Shown piece by piece: positions 22,359-35,081 of a DNA stretch of 64,000 bases. The translations under genes were made by a program, and so were the position numbers. The stretch spans positions 145,576,001-145,640,000 of the forward strand of contig OZ024742.1 of NCBI GenBank assembly GCA_964016885.1, given 5' to 3'. Numbering within the stretch: position 1 is the first letter of the stretch; the number at the start of each line of letters is the position of its first letter. The stretch is from Eledone cirrhosa (taxonomy: Eukaryota). The notes under the pieces are model-generated. The model did no database searches and had not been told where the DNA came from. It saw nothing but the letters and a program-made list of their open reading frames with translations.

Positions 22359-24285
22359 TATTATATATCAATAAAGACATGAAACATACTATCATATGTG
22401 ATATAAAGATATCTATGAGACAGTTATAACAACACTGAAGGAGTATTATTATATATCAAAAAAAGTTATGAAACATATATGTGGTATAAAGATATCTATG
22501 AGAAAGTTATAACAACACTAAAGGCATATACTTATATATCAATGAAGCTATTCCTGCCCTGGCGGGAATTGGCCTCCAGGTCAACTTGGCCAAGTTGGAG
22601 GTGGTGAACGTCAGCCTCGATGCTGCGAACTTTGCAGCTGCCATCTTGGATGTGTGGTCCATTCTCCGCCAGGTTCAGGTGACCCCCAAAGAGGATGTCC
22701 TCATCCTCGGGTCACCGATCCACCCGCCGGCCATCCGCTCCACCATCAGGTCCAGGCTTCAACAGCTCCAGACTCTCACGAGCCGACTGGGCTTGATTGA
22801 CGGCCACCCAGCTCTCTTTCTGTTGAGGAACTGCTTCGCCATGCCAAAGCTCCTCTATACGCTCCACAGCGCTCCATGCTACACCCAGACATCTCTCCTC
22901 GCTAACCTCAATACTTGTATCCGAGCAGCAGCCAAGGGGATATGCAACGTCAAGTTTGACGACATAGGGTGGCAACAGGCCACTTTACGGGTCAGGTATG
23001 GCGGCCATGGCCTCCAGTCCCCGATCTCACTAGCTTTGCCGGCGTATCTTTCGTCGGTAACCTCGTGCCATGTCCTCGTCAGCAGGGTTCTTCAAAACAC
23101 AACAGAACCCTCTGTGTTCAGAGAACGTGAGGCCACCTGTGAGACGTGGGACCGGCTGTGACTTAGCCTAGTAGACGTCCCTCCTCTTTCTCCCTCTGTT
23201 GACGTCAAGTCCCCCCAACACACTTGGGATGCCATCCAATGCAGCCTGGCCTCAGACAGGCTCACGTGCCAGCTCGACCAGCACCGCCTTGCTTGTTTTC
23301 GTGCGGCCTCCAAACCCCACAGTGGTGCCTGGCTCCATGCCCTGCCCTCCTTATCCACTGGCACGCAGCTCGACAACCATAGCCTGCGAATCGGCGTTTC
23401 CCTGAGGCTCGGCCTCCGGATCTGCCAGCCACACCAAGCTCGCTGCGGTTCCACCGTGGACTCTTTCGGCCTCCACCCACTTTCCTGTCGCCACAGTGCC
23501 GGCCGCATTCCACGCCATGTTGCTGAGGTCATTAAGCATGGCTTGGACACTGAAGGCTTCCCTTCCCAGCTTGAGCCAGTGGGGCTGGATCGAGAGGACG
23601 GTAAAAGGCCAGATGGCATGACCATCTTTCCGTTCCACGGTGGCAAACCCCTCGTCTAGGATGCCACTTGCACCAACACTTTCTGCAGCCGCAACCTGGT
23701 ACAGTCTGCGACTGACCCAGATTCTGCTGCACGTCGGGCTGAGGGGGCCAAACTCCTCGAATACCGGTCGCTCTCCGACAGGTTTGCGGTCGTTCCCCTG
23801 GCAGTGGAGACTTCTGGTGTACTCGGCCCCAGGGCTACCTCCTTACTCACCACCATAGGTGCTGAGCTGGCCAGTTGCAGGTGTGAGCCCCACGAGTTGG
23901 AGTGGCTTTTCCAGTGCATCTCCCTTGCCATCTCCATTCTGTCTGCCAGGGCTGTTGGTGGGCCCCATCGCATACCAATACATTAGTTAAATGCCATTCT
24001 TTCATCTGATACAACACAATAAAGACTAAATTGTTTTTAAAAAAAAAAAAAAAAATGATGTTGAAGTAAAAAAAAAAAAAAAATTATATCTCCTACATAT
24101 GATAGTGTTCAGCCTTTTGATATTTCATAGGAACTCTGCATACAAAATAAAATAAAAACTATATTTTAAAGAAGATATCTAATAAAGTTATAACAACACT
24201 AAGTAATATATTATATCAAGAATCATATTAAACATATTATATGTGGAACAAAGATATCTCTGGGAAAATTATAACAAATTTAAAA
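22355..24285. repeat. About 75-85-bp degenerate minisatellite downstream of the sulfotransferase stop, interrupted by a CRE-like element
   Basis: Unit aaagatatct...gttataacaacact...ttatatatcaa recurs at about 22405, 22488, 24172 and 24250. Confidence 0.65.
22551..24082 (+). mobile_element. CRE-like (RLE-type) non-LTR retrotransposon 3' fragment with poly(A)
   Basis: LGSPI, LLRNCFAMPKLLY, GGHGL, SGAWL, C.H..CG...GLHPLSC, KRPDGMTIFPF.GGKPLV*DATC; aataaa followed by A-tracts. Confidence 0.75.
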
Positions 24286-24290
24286 TAAAG

Positions 24291-24400
24291 TTAGTACTTT
24301 GTACTAAACAATGTAGACTGCTTATCAAATTTGTCACATTCCACTTGGAATCTCTCATCTTGAGAAACAGTGAACCAGTTCTTCCAATCTCCAATAACAC
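24291..24400 (-). CDS. Cytosolic sulfotransferase copy 1, coding exon 5 (last)
   Basis: tttcag acceptor; (G)VIGDWKNWFT...KY* completes the RKGxxGDWKNxFT motif. Confidence 0.9.
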
Positions 24401-24749
24401 CTGAAAAATACAAAAAAAACTTAGATGTAAGACTTCATGTCTATAATAATTAGAAAGAATTTATTTATACCTTATATAACAGAAAAACAATTATCATTTG
24501 GTATGTTGTTAATGCCAAATGTTTTTAAAGTGATACAAAAAATGTTTCCAAGGCTCCATAATGTGGCTGAAGATGAGAATGTCAACAGATGGATAATAAT
24601 TACGTGTAATTATGTTACAGTATTTTGTAGCTGTCTCTGTTTATATTAGATTGTCATTTAACTTCTCTAATGCTAAGACAGATTCATTCTACAATTACAT
24701 AATTAGTTAGGATAGAAAGACAGTATAATTAGTTGCACTCAAGAAACTG

Positions 24750-25594
24750 TAAATATTAACCAAGTTTTCATCCACATATGTACCCATCTTCAGAGTGATG
24801 GTTCCACTGTACCAAGTATTTGTGGACCTTTCTAACACTTTCAATGCTGTTAATTGAAATGCATTGTGGGTCATGTTAGGGAAACTCAGATACCCTCCTG
24901 AGTTTGTTGGAGTATTAAAAAAACTCCACCAAAATACAAAAGTAAAAATGAACTTCAATGGGATACTTTCAGAGCCAATTTTAGTGGAAAATAGTGTCAA
25001 GCAGAGTGTCATACTTGCACCCACTCTGTTCTCCATCTACTTTGCTGTGCTGCTAACATATACCTTCGATGACTTTGAAATCAGTGTATATTTGTGATTT
25101 AGAATCTCTGGCAAAGTCTTAAATTCAAAACGCTTTAACACCAAGTCAAAAGCATTTGGCACTCTTGTTAGGGAGTTCATCAGCATTTTATCTGGCACTT
25201 CCTGAACATCAAGTGCTTGCAAAAATCCAGCAGGAGTTGATGTGCAATTTATGTGGACGATTTCTTCTATTAAGTGTTGGATTTGTCAACCATCTGATGT
25301 CAGACAAACTAGGGAGAAATCGAGACACTTATGAGATGTTTCTACCGCTATGCCCTCTGCAGTACATTTGTAATGAGTGTGGCTTAATTTTCACATCAGC
25401 TGGTGAACTGACCAGACACGGTAGAATGCATACAGACACTCCCCAGCCGGTAATGCCAGGAGACATACAGTTCAAGTGTCACATCTGTGAACATGCTTGC
25501 AAAACAAAAGCTGGTCTGGAAAATCACCTGCATGCACATGATTGTGCAATGTTCAATGAAGGGATGGCACTCTTCTGACAAGAAGTGGCAATCA

Positions 25595-25625
<31 letters not shown>

Positions 25626-26280
25626 TGTATGTATGTATGTATGTATGTATGTATGTATGTCAGGTCACCACTTGGTGCTACTGGTAACATGTATTCCAGT
25701 ACAACCTGTCCCATGGTCGGGTCGTTGGTGACTAAACTGGCAACCCCACTAAGGTTTCTTGGTGAGGAGGGTGACTTTGGACATCCTGCAGGACTAAAAA
25801 CAAAACCTGTCAAAGGGCAAAGGAGCTCTTAAGAGTCAATGGCCATCCAAAATCACCGGGAGAGATGACCCCTTAGCCTTTGTCAAGGCAGAATTCTAGG
25901 AGAAGGAAAACTCTGATATAACAGCTGCAACTCTGATGGTATCCAATGATGTTGACTTGTTCTTCTTTTTGGTAAATATCATCTTGGTTAAGAGAGTGGG
26001 ACTGGCTTTGTGCAGTGCCTTTGCTCACTATAAAAGCTTCACGGCACAGGCATTGCTTTAAATCTGGAGATCTCTCTGCACTTGTCGTCACATGGTACCA
26101 TGGGCCTAGCACTATGTGTCAATAATTGTCACAAGTGTAATGTTTGTACCAGAGTTTTCAAGTCGCTGGCTGGACTAAAGTCACATTCGTTCAGCGCATC
26201 GGTAGGAGTTCTCCTACATGGATATAAAGTAGTGGCCGTACTCGAATACGAGTTGGCAGCCACCATGTATGTATGTATGT
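24750..26280 (+). mobile_element. RTE-type fragments with C-terminal C2H2 fingers and (TATG)n tails (intronic)
   Basis: FVDL..TF, VKQSVILAPTLFSIYF; CNECG..H...H, CHIC..H...H, CNVC...GLKSH; (atgt)n at 25597-25660 and about 26266. Confidence 0.65.
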
Positions 26281-26304
26281 TCTTCTGGTTTTATAATTTC
26301 ACAA

Positions 26305-26680
26305 AGTTTTACCAATAGAGAGAGAGTCGGTTTCTAACATAGACACAAGACTCTCTCATTGGAATTTACACAACATCAACTAGGTAGATATGTATGTATG
26401 CATGCATGTGTAGATATGGATGTTATTGTATGTGTGGATGTGGATGTTTTGAGTTGTATGTGTGCATGTGTATATGCTTTGTATCTGTACATGTGTATAT
26501 GCAGTTATTAGATGCAAAATTTTTGGAATGTTTTACATATTTTTACTGTTCCATTAATGGATTGTACTTGTAATTTCCTAACTAGTTGTGTTCTTTCTGT
26601 TCCTGTGAAGCCTAGCTTCTCAAGATTTGTATTGAAGCAGTTACTAACATGCCTCAGTGCCCCAATAATCACAGGCATAA
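26305..26680 (-). mobile_element. RLE-type LINE 3' fragment
   Basis: MPVIIGAL...GTVKICKTF motif. Confidence 0.55.
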
Positions 26681-26857
26681 ATCTGTGTATGTATGTATGC
26701 TTGTATGTATGTATGTATATAATGTATGTATGTGTGTGTGTATGTGTGTGTGTGTATGTGTATGCATGCATGCTCAATGTCATCAACCAAAATGAAAGAA
26801 GCTATGAAGATTAAAAGATTAATTTATAGAAATGGTGAAAGATGAAATAAACCCTAC

Positions 26858-27023
26858 CTTTACGATAAAGAGATGCTTCAGGAGATCTAATTAAGTCTTT
26901 TAATCCAGGTTTTGCTGCCTTCATTTTAGAAAAGGTACATTTGTCGGCAATATCTTTAAACAGCTGGTCATTCTTTGGAAGATCTAGAAATTCAGCTACT
27001 TTAGCCACATTGTTTACTGGGTC
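26858..27023 (-). CDS. Sulfotransferase copy 1, coding exon 4
   Basis: tttag/gtaggg boundaries; DPVNNVAKVAEFL...CTFSKMK...LYRK(G). Confidence 0.9.
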
Positions 27024-27275
27024 CTAAAATAAATAAGAAAAATACAAAATTTTTCAAATAGAGGTGTATATGTAATCTGTTCACATGTTGAAATGGTAGC
27101 ATTCTTAAACAAGCTCCAGTGTTCTTTGACTGATGTATTCAGTATTCAATGGGAAATTTTTGTACAATTCTTCATTAGAACTCTAACCTCTTTGTGATAT
27201 TTTACAGAGCTGCTACATTGAACAATTTGGTTGTTAATTTTATTAAAAACCAAAGATAAGAATAAGTTATTTCAC

Positions 27276-27379
27276 CTTTTTAAGATCTTCATATTTAACT
27301 ATTAGTATAGGTAGTTCGGAGTGGTTTTTAATATCTTTCTCCCATTGTAGCATATATTCAAACCAATTACCATAATTCA
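27276..27379 (-). CDS. Sulfotransferase copy 1, coding exon 3 (not in the ORF track)
   Basis: tttcag/gtgaaa boundaries; (V)NYGNWFEYMLQWEKDIKNHSELPILIVKYEDLKK; phases match both neighbours. Confidence 0.9.
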
Positions 27380-27512
27380 CTGAAACAATAAAACATTAAT
27401 TTTCACAGAATTGAAGTTGAATGACATTTTTATTGATTATATTTCAACTTGGTGGAGGTCGGGGTGGAGAATAAGAGTGTTTAGAAGAAGGTCTTATCAT
27501 ATTACTGTATTT

Positions 27513-27722
27513 GATTGGCAGAATCGGTAGAGTGTCGGACACCATGCTTTGCAGCATGGAGTTTATGGCTCTTTACGTTCTCAATTCAAATCCCGCCGAG
27601 GTTAGCTTTGTCTTTCATCCTTACAATGTCGATAAAATAAAGAACCAGTAATGCACTGGGGTCGATTTAATCAACTTTCTCCTCCCCCAAATTTTCAGGC
27701 CTTGTGCCTAAATCAGAAACCA
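27513..27722 (+). mobile_element. tRNA-derived SINE (intronic)
   Basis: Shared core; flanked by atattactgtatttgat duplication. Confidence 0.8.
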
Positions 27723-28490
27723 TTATATTACTGTATTTGATCTGGACAGGCATCTAGTTTTGTGCACCATGCTGGTTTGGTAAGAAGTGATTCCATTTTT
27801 AACAAGTGAATACTATTTATTTATTTTCTTATGCATTTAAAGAAACTCTCTGATGAAAGAATCTTCTTCCAGTATTGAATGTCTAAAATTGATAAGATGG
27901 TCAAAGCTGTTTCTTGGTTCTCGAAACTGCAGTAAGAGAGATATGCTAAATAAAGAACTTAATACTGATAGTAGAATCAAAATATTATTTACTATCAATA
28001 GTAACTGTTTACTTTGAAGTTTCACTGATAATGGCTTGTGAAAACAGTATTTGGTCAGATGACATCTTTGTATATAGTTGTGACTTGGTGTGGTATTGAA
28101 GTACTAATCATAGTAAAGCAGAAAGAAAAGGTACAAAGTTTTGGTAGAGATTAAGAAGATTTAAATAAAGAAAGAGTGGAATGAAGATGAAAGGTCGACC
28201 ATGTATGGTTCTATTGAATTAACCATTAAGTTGAAAGTCATTGGTACAAATAATCCTTTTGAGTTATTCAAATAAGTTCAAGAATATAATAGATATAATA
28301 AAATAGATATAATTATACAGATGGGGCCATACATGTAATTTAGAGATATATGTAAACTTAAAATTTACAAATATATGTATAGTTATGCACTCATATATGA
28401 AAAACTATTGTCTTTCTCCACTTAATTACTGTTATTACATAGATATTTTTTTATTATGGAAACAATCAGGAAAAGAAACATTATTCTTAC

Positions 28491-28814
28491 CTTTGCCATC
28501 TAAGAACAATTCCAAGAAACCATTCCAATCTCCATCATAATGGTACACTTTGTTCAACTGAAATGTGTGGTGATAGGCAGAGACAGCAATATCTCGTGGG
28601 TTGCGTATCATGAAAATCATTTTAGGTTTTTTGGTAAATATCTGGCGTGGTAAATAATGCAAGAGGAGGTGGTTGTTTAACACTCTAGGTGATGGAAGCT
28701 GGTCTAGTTTATCTTGGTCTGAAAATTCCATCATTGCAACCATTTTATCTTCTCGATGATATTCGGTAGAACCTTTAAGCAGCATTCCACAAATTTCCCA
28801 CATCCAGTGACAAC
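28491..28814 (-). CDS. Sulfotransferase copy 1, coding exon 2
   Basis: ccatag/gtaaga boundaries; (G)CHWMWEI...SPRVLNNH...RNPRDIAVSAYH. Confidence 0.92.
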
Positions 28815-28959
28815 CTATGGTGGAAATATTGAAATCTCAAAGGCATAAGGAAAAACAACCAATTACACATCAACATTATTATCATATGCACCTTTGATAA
28901 GTTGTAGTGGACCTGAGTACTGTACACAATCATTTTCATTATTCATTATTATTATTTCA

Positions 28960-29060
28960 GAGCTTAACTTTGCCTTTCATCCTTACGAGGTCGATGAAAT
29001 AAAGTACCAGTAATGCACTGGGATAATTGTCTGCCTTGTGTCAAAAGTAGAAATAATTAT
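28960..29060 (+). mobile_element. 5'-truncated SINE with TSD
   Basis: Core and tail; ttattattatttcagag on both sides. Confidence 0.7.
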
Positions 29061-29083
29061 TATTATTTCAGAGGAATGATGAT

Positions 29084-31020
29084 GATCATCACCATCATCA
29101 CCGTTCTACATCAATACTTCCATGCTAGCATGGGTTAGATGGGTTGTCCTGTTGTGGGCAGTGTCCGGTCGGCTGACCTTGTCTTGCTCATACTGGAACT
29201 GATCCTGGCATGATTTCTACAGCTGGATGCCCTTCCTAACACCAACCTCATTTACAGTGAGTGTTGGGTGCCTTTTTTCCGTGGCACCTCCACGTCCACT
29301 TTACAGTGTGGGCTGGGTGTTTTTTTGCCGTGGCACCTCTACGACCGACCACTTTGTAGTGTGTGTGTGTGTGGGGGAGGGGTCATATTGTCTATATGCT
29401 TCAGCTTTGGCTTGTACCCGTAGGAAGTCGGGTCTTCTGTATTACTGCATGATGCCAGAGGTCATGGTCATGTGTCATCGCCTTTGATAGGTGCAATTGG
29501 GTAAGGTCAGCTTTTATCACCTCATCCCAGGTCTTCTTGGGTCTCCCGACTCCGCGCTTTCTATTGACTTCTAGTGCTCTGCACCTTTTTATGCAGCTGC
29601 CATCCTTCCTACGCATCACATGTCCATACCAACGCAAACTCTTCTCCTGCACACAGCATTTGATTTCTCTTATGCTCAGTCTCTCTCTCAATTCGTTTAT
29701 GCGTTGCCGTTTGCGTATATTACTATTATAGACCCATCGGAGCATGCAGGCTTCGTTTCTTTCTAATCTATGTAAGTCTTCCACCTTCAGCGCCCAGATC
29801 TCACTACCATGTAGCATTGCTGTTTGTATGCACGCATCATACAGCCTGCTTTTCATTTTGAGGGAAAAGCCTTTTGCAGCTAGCAGTGACTGTAGCTCCC
29901 TGATCTTCTTCCACCCCGTTCTTACCCTGGTTACTGTACTTTCCGAACACCCACCTCCACTGTTAATTTGGTCATCTAGGTAGCAAAAGCTCTCTACTGT
30001 TTCTACAGAGCCCTCCCAGAGTTTGGTGGTGCTTGTTTCCTGTGGCCATTTGCTGCTTGTTGTCCCGGCGCAGCTGCTACATGTAAAGCCTACATTCTTA
30101 ACTAAGCTTCCTGAGATCCCACTATATCTCTTGTGTACCCATTGTTTGCATTTGAGGCAGAGTATGGAGTTCCTACCTACACCTTTCCTACATACTGACC
30201 AAGACCATTTTTCTGAGTGGATGTGGGTTCTGTTTTCTCGACTACTTATGAGGACCTTAGTCTTTGTCAGGTTGACTTTGAGACCCTTTCTTTCTAGTCC
30301 CTGCTTCCATGTTTGGAATTTCTTCTCTAGTTCAACCATAGATTCAGCTATAAGTGTGAGATCATCCACATATAGGAGTTCCTATGGCCATCCGGTCTTA
30401 AACTCCTCTGTTATTGCCTGCAATACTATAATGAACAGGAGAGGGCAAGAACAGAGCCCTGGTGGACACCGACCTGTATGCTAAATTCCTCGCTATAGCC
30501 ATTGCTAACCCTAACTTTGCTGACTGCTTCCCTATACATGGCTTGTACAGCTTTTACAAGCCATTCATCTACTCCTAGGTTTCTAACAGCCCACCAGATT
30601 ATAGCATCAGGCACTCTTTTTCCATATCGACAAATGCCAGGTAGAGCAGCTTACTTTTAGCTAGGTACTTTTCCTGTAACTGCTTCACAAGGAAGAGGGC
30701 ATCAGTGGTGCCTTTTCCTGGTACAAACCCAAATTGTATCTCATCTAGTTTCACCCGGTCCCTAATCAACTGTGCTACAACTCTTTCCGTTACTTTCAAT
30801 ACCTGGTCCATCAGCTTTATACCTCTATATATTCCTCTATCTAGTGCATCACCTTTACCCTTGTAGCAGTTGACAATGATGCTGCTGCACCAATCCTTTG
30901 GTATAACACCCTCTAGTATTACCTGGTTAACAATACGTGTGGTGATGGTGTGACCTACCAACCCAGATTCTTTCAGCATCTCGGCAGCTATACCCAATGA
31001 CCAGTTGCCTTCCCAGTCTT
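29084..31020 (-). mobile_element. RTE-clade LINE fragment (RT, Cys/His-rich insert, 3' UTR)
   Basis: YKGKGD..YRGIKL, QFGFVPGKGTTDA, GVHQGS, YVDDL, MLHGSE, LRWYGHV; frameshifted. Confidence 0.9.
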
Positions 31021-31280
31021 CATATGATAACATCCACAGTAATTATTTCAGTTTGAGAAGTCCTGCAAATCTGATGAGATATTTACAACAAATGATATCT
31101 TCATAAAGGTCATTCATTTTGTGAAAGAATAATTTAAAATTTTCCATTATGAAATTTTAGCAACTATATTTGCTAGAGTAATACCACAACACACTATTGC
31201 TATCTCCACCTGGTGTTAATTATGTAAAACTTTCATGTCAAATTACCTGAAATAAGAAGGAGATTTAGCTACATACATTA

Positions 31281-31468
31281 ATTGTTTCTACTTTAGGCAC
31301 AAGGCCAGCAATCACCCAGTGCATTACTGGTACTTTATTTTATTGACCCCGTAAGGATGAAAGGCAAAGTCAACCTCGGCGGGATTTGAACTCAGATCGT
31401 AAAGGAACGTAACTATGCTGGAAAGCATGGCGTCCGACCCTCTACCGATACTGCCAATCCACCGCCCT
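31281..31468 (-). mobile_element. tRNA-derived SINE with TSD
   Basis: tttagctacaYacatta flanks both ends. Confidence 0.88.
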
Positions 31469-31697
31469 TTAGCTACACACATTAATGTTTATAACTTACT
31501 TTTAGTAAGCTATTTGTAGTTCAATGCCTTCATTCCTGTAGCAATGATGTTGCATACACATATATATAAATACATTAAATTTTGCTCAAAGCAACCAAAG
31601 TGTATAATAAATTTATATCTGTACTTATATATTCAGAGATAATGAAGAGTACATAAATGTATGCGTGTATATATTTACACACACGTATATATAGGTG

Positions 31698-32144
31698 TAC
31701 GAGGTGTGTCATAAAAGTTCCAGGACTGATGTCACAAAAGATTTATTTCAAACCCAAACTTCACACTAAGAGTTTTCTCCTTCAAAGTAATCCCCCTGGA
31801 GTATGTAACTGTAATCGTAGCTCTTTGCAGCGATCAAACTTTTTTCTTCATAATTTTATACACATGTCCTCTGTTTCAGGTCGGCAAGCAATGAGCACAG
31901 AGCAACGAACAAACTTGAAGTTTCTGGTACGGTTAGGGAAAACTCCGTCAGAAGCATTGGGATTGCTGCAGCAAGTGTATGGAGATGAGACGATGTCACG
32001 CTGACGTGTTTTTGAGTGGTGCAAGAGGTTTAAAGAAGGACATGAGGAAGTGGAAGATGACCCCAGGAGCAGAAGGCCCTCAACAACCAGGAGTGAGGTC
32101 AACGTTGAGCGTGTCAGGCAGATGGTGCGTAGCAATCGTTGGCT
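31698..32144 (+). mobile_element. Mariner transposon 5' fragment (TIR plus transposase HTH region)
   Basis: TA-cgaggtgtgtcataaaagttcc end; MSTEQRTNLKF..LGKT...VYGDETMSR*RVFEWCKRFKEG.EEVEDDPRS.RPST. Confidence 0.85.
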
Positions 32145-32649
32145 GACAGCGTGTGTAAATCGACCAGATATACAGTCAACTAAACAGAATTAGGTGTAAA
32201 ATAAACTAGGAGAAAAGTGAACATATTTAGTTACCTCTACCATGGTTTCGTCCGCATTGTAAGATATCCGATAACATTGGACATGAAACCATGGTAGAGG
32301 TAACTAAATATGTTCACTTTTCTCCTAGTTTATTTTAAACCTAATTCTGTTTAGTTGACTGTATATCTGGTCGATTTATACACGCTGTCGAAATACACGA
32401 TAAATACTCCGCCGCAACCGCCGCGAAGGGCTGCTTTCGGTTATTTGTCGGGGATTTCTTCATAAAAGCCTTTATTCTTATGGCTTGGTCTAATCGATTT
32501 TTTATATGGTTAATTATGCTAATTGGGAGAGGAAACGGTATATATTTTATCTGGTGATTATATAGACATGTTGTATGATATATAGCTCTGATTATTTAAT
32601 TTATTAACTCTTCATTGAGCCACAAAGTGACCCATTGCAAAACACACAC

Positions 32650-32650
<1 letters not shown>
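32145..32650. mobile_element. Penelope-like terminal repeat with 105-bp inverted arms
   Basis: 32145-32249 is the reverse complement of 32285-32389 (about 2 mismatches); contains the 3' half of the hammerhead seen at 63350-63423. Confidence 0.7.
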
Positions 32651-32680
<30 letters not shown>

Positions 32681-32789
32681 ATGCCCTACTATTATGACAT
32701 TTGCTCAATCAAAAAGAAAATGGAAACCACCTGAAAAAAAAAACAGCTCACATGGCTCAAGATCTGACTTGAATGAACATCAAAATTGC

Positions 32790-34410
32790 TACCTTGAGTG
32801 AAATAAGGCAAAATTGAATCAGGTTCCAGTTACACCACTTTTTTGGAAAGGAAGGGAGAGGTAGTAGGAAAATGTTCTCTTACATTTGACTTTGCTGTGA
32901 AGTCAAGGCCGGTGAAGAATTGAGTCTCTCTTTGATGCCCAATGGGCATCAAAGAGAGACTCATAATCCTTTGAGTCCCACTCTCGCAAGATAGCTTTGT
33001 CACTTTCATCTCTGTCTATGCACCTATTCTCATCACTCATGAAGATGTTAAGAGCAAATTTTACCAGTGGCTGAACACTGTTCTCTCCAAAATGCCACCT
33101 AAAAGCAAGCTCATCTTCCTTGTCAATTTTAATACCAGAGTAAAAAAAAAACTACCTCATGTGGGAGAATGTCAGGTAAACAAGGTATTGGAAACGGCAA
33201 TGCAAATGGTCACTTACTACTCAGATTCTGCACAGAGCAAGATCTTTTCATTACTAATACTCAGGCCTGGCTCCAAACCTCTTTAAACTATGTAGATACA
33301 CCCATGTTCTAAGCATTGATATGTCCTTAGCTACATCATCAGACATCAATATGTCAAGAAAGATGTCACTATCACTAAGACAGCAAGAGGGGCTGGTGAT
33401 TGTTAGATAGACCATAAATTCCTCATCAGCCGACTTAAAATTTCTGTTCATCGTAAACCATCAGTCCACTTAAAATGTCAACCAAGAAGAAAGTCTAGCT
33501 CATCAAAACTAGAAGACTAAGCTGAAGGAGGATTCCAAGAATATATCAAAGAAAAACTGGTAAAGAACCATCTCCCCAACACCAAAAATACCAATAAAGA
33601 GTGAACGACAATTTCAAACATCAGCCAAAAAGCAGCTTCAGGAAAATGTATAACAATGATTGGCTCAATGAAAACAAGGAAGAAATCTCAAGACTAACCA
33701 ATACTAAAAGAGATGCCCACATCCCTTGAACAAGACCTAACCTCAAACATGAAGAAACAACACTTTCAAGACCTTCAGTAAATATATGAAACTTGGATGA
33801 GAGAAATTCAAAACAGCTGGTGGATAAGAAAGGCTATAGAGTTCAATGACATGCAGATGTTAGAGGCTGTAGAAATCTCTCTACCTGTACCAAAGAACTG
33901 TATAACCCAAACCAAGCTCCAAAATGTATTCTGAAAACTGCTGACAAGGCCAACTTTCTCACAGACAGCTAAAGTATTTATAACTACTGGAAGGGACATT
34001 TCCCAATCACCAATGTCTTTAAACAAGGATGAGTACTTACTCCAACCTAGTTCTCTATATACCTTACAGCCATGCTTCATGAAATTCCACCTACCAACCC
34101 TGGTGTAACTATATCAAGTACCACTTCAGTGGTGGATTCTACAGTGGTGGAGATTCCAGCTATAAAGACTGACCAAGAGGACTTATATCAGTGAATACAA
34201 TATGCTAACAACAATATCTTGCCAACACATTCACCAAATGAAATGCAGGAATCAGTTATCATTTTCAAAAACACAGATGGTTGCTTCAGTCTGACAATCA
34301 ACTAGCACAATCTGTTTCACACTTAATTCTTCAGATTTCAACATCGTCATCTTTAATACACCACTAGAGCAAGTAGATCAGTTCCAATACCTCAGAAACA
34401 TAACTCCAAG
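32790..34410 (+). mobile_element. Highly degenerate RTE-type LINE
   Basis: ATLSE, ISVYAP, KFY, NFNTRV and TDH-like endonuclease words; VDQFQYL near the end. Confidence 0.55.
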
Positions 34411-34519
34411 ACATGTAAATCAATATTTGGTTTTTAAGTCATGAGCAATGCAATTATTTTAGTGGAAAACAGGAAGTGAGATGACATTGGACTTTATTAT
34501 GCAAGCAGACATTGAACAT

Positions 34520-34800
34520 TATTATAGGAAAATAGAAACATACGTTGTAGTGTGTAATGATTAGAGGAAAATAGAAACATACGTTGTAGTGTGTAATGAT
34601 TAGAGGAAGATAGAAACTGTGAGATGATTAGAGGTAGATAGAAACTTATACTGTGAGATGATTAGAGGTAGATAGACACATATGTTGTATTGAGGGATGT
34701 TTAGAGGAAGATAGAAACATATTGTACTGTTTCATGGTTGGAAAAGATAGAAACATAGGTAGTATTGTGAGAGGATTAGAGAAAGATAGAAACATATATT
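34520..34800. repeat. About 35-40-bp minisatellite
   Basis: gattagaggaaRatagaaacata... repeated about 7 times. Confidence 0.75.
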
Positions 34801-35081
34801 AACCATTGTTGTGTGTGTGGTGCAGTAAATAAATATATACATATACACCAGGTCCAAACACAAAGGAACCAAGCTCCTACAGTCATTGCCTCTGTCTTTC
34901 CCACTCTCCCCAATGCCCTGTTCACTGTTATGAACAAATGAGGGCCAATGCCCCGGAAGACAGAATAGAGAAGGCGTTTCCCCCGAGGATGGTGAGGGAA
35001 ACATATATTGTATTGTAGGACGATTGGAGAAAAAGAAAAGCTTTTGTTGTCGGATGATCCGTATGACAACAAAATACATAC

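Noticed and set aside
25360-25550. Nested host zinc-finger gene in the sulfotransferase intron
   Set aside because: Fingers are contiguous with RTE RT remnants and a microsatellite tail, and absent from the paralog
34732-35081. C-terminal part of the 171-aa ORF as protein
   Set aside because: Read-through into intron 1 past the gtatgt donor at 35081
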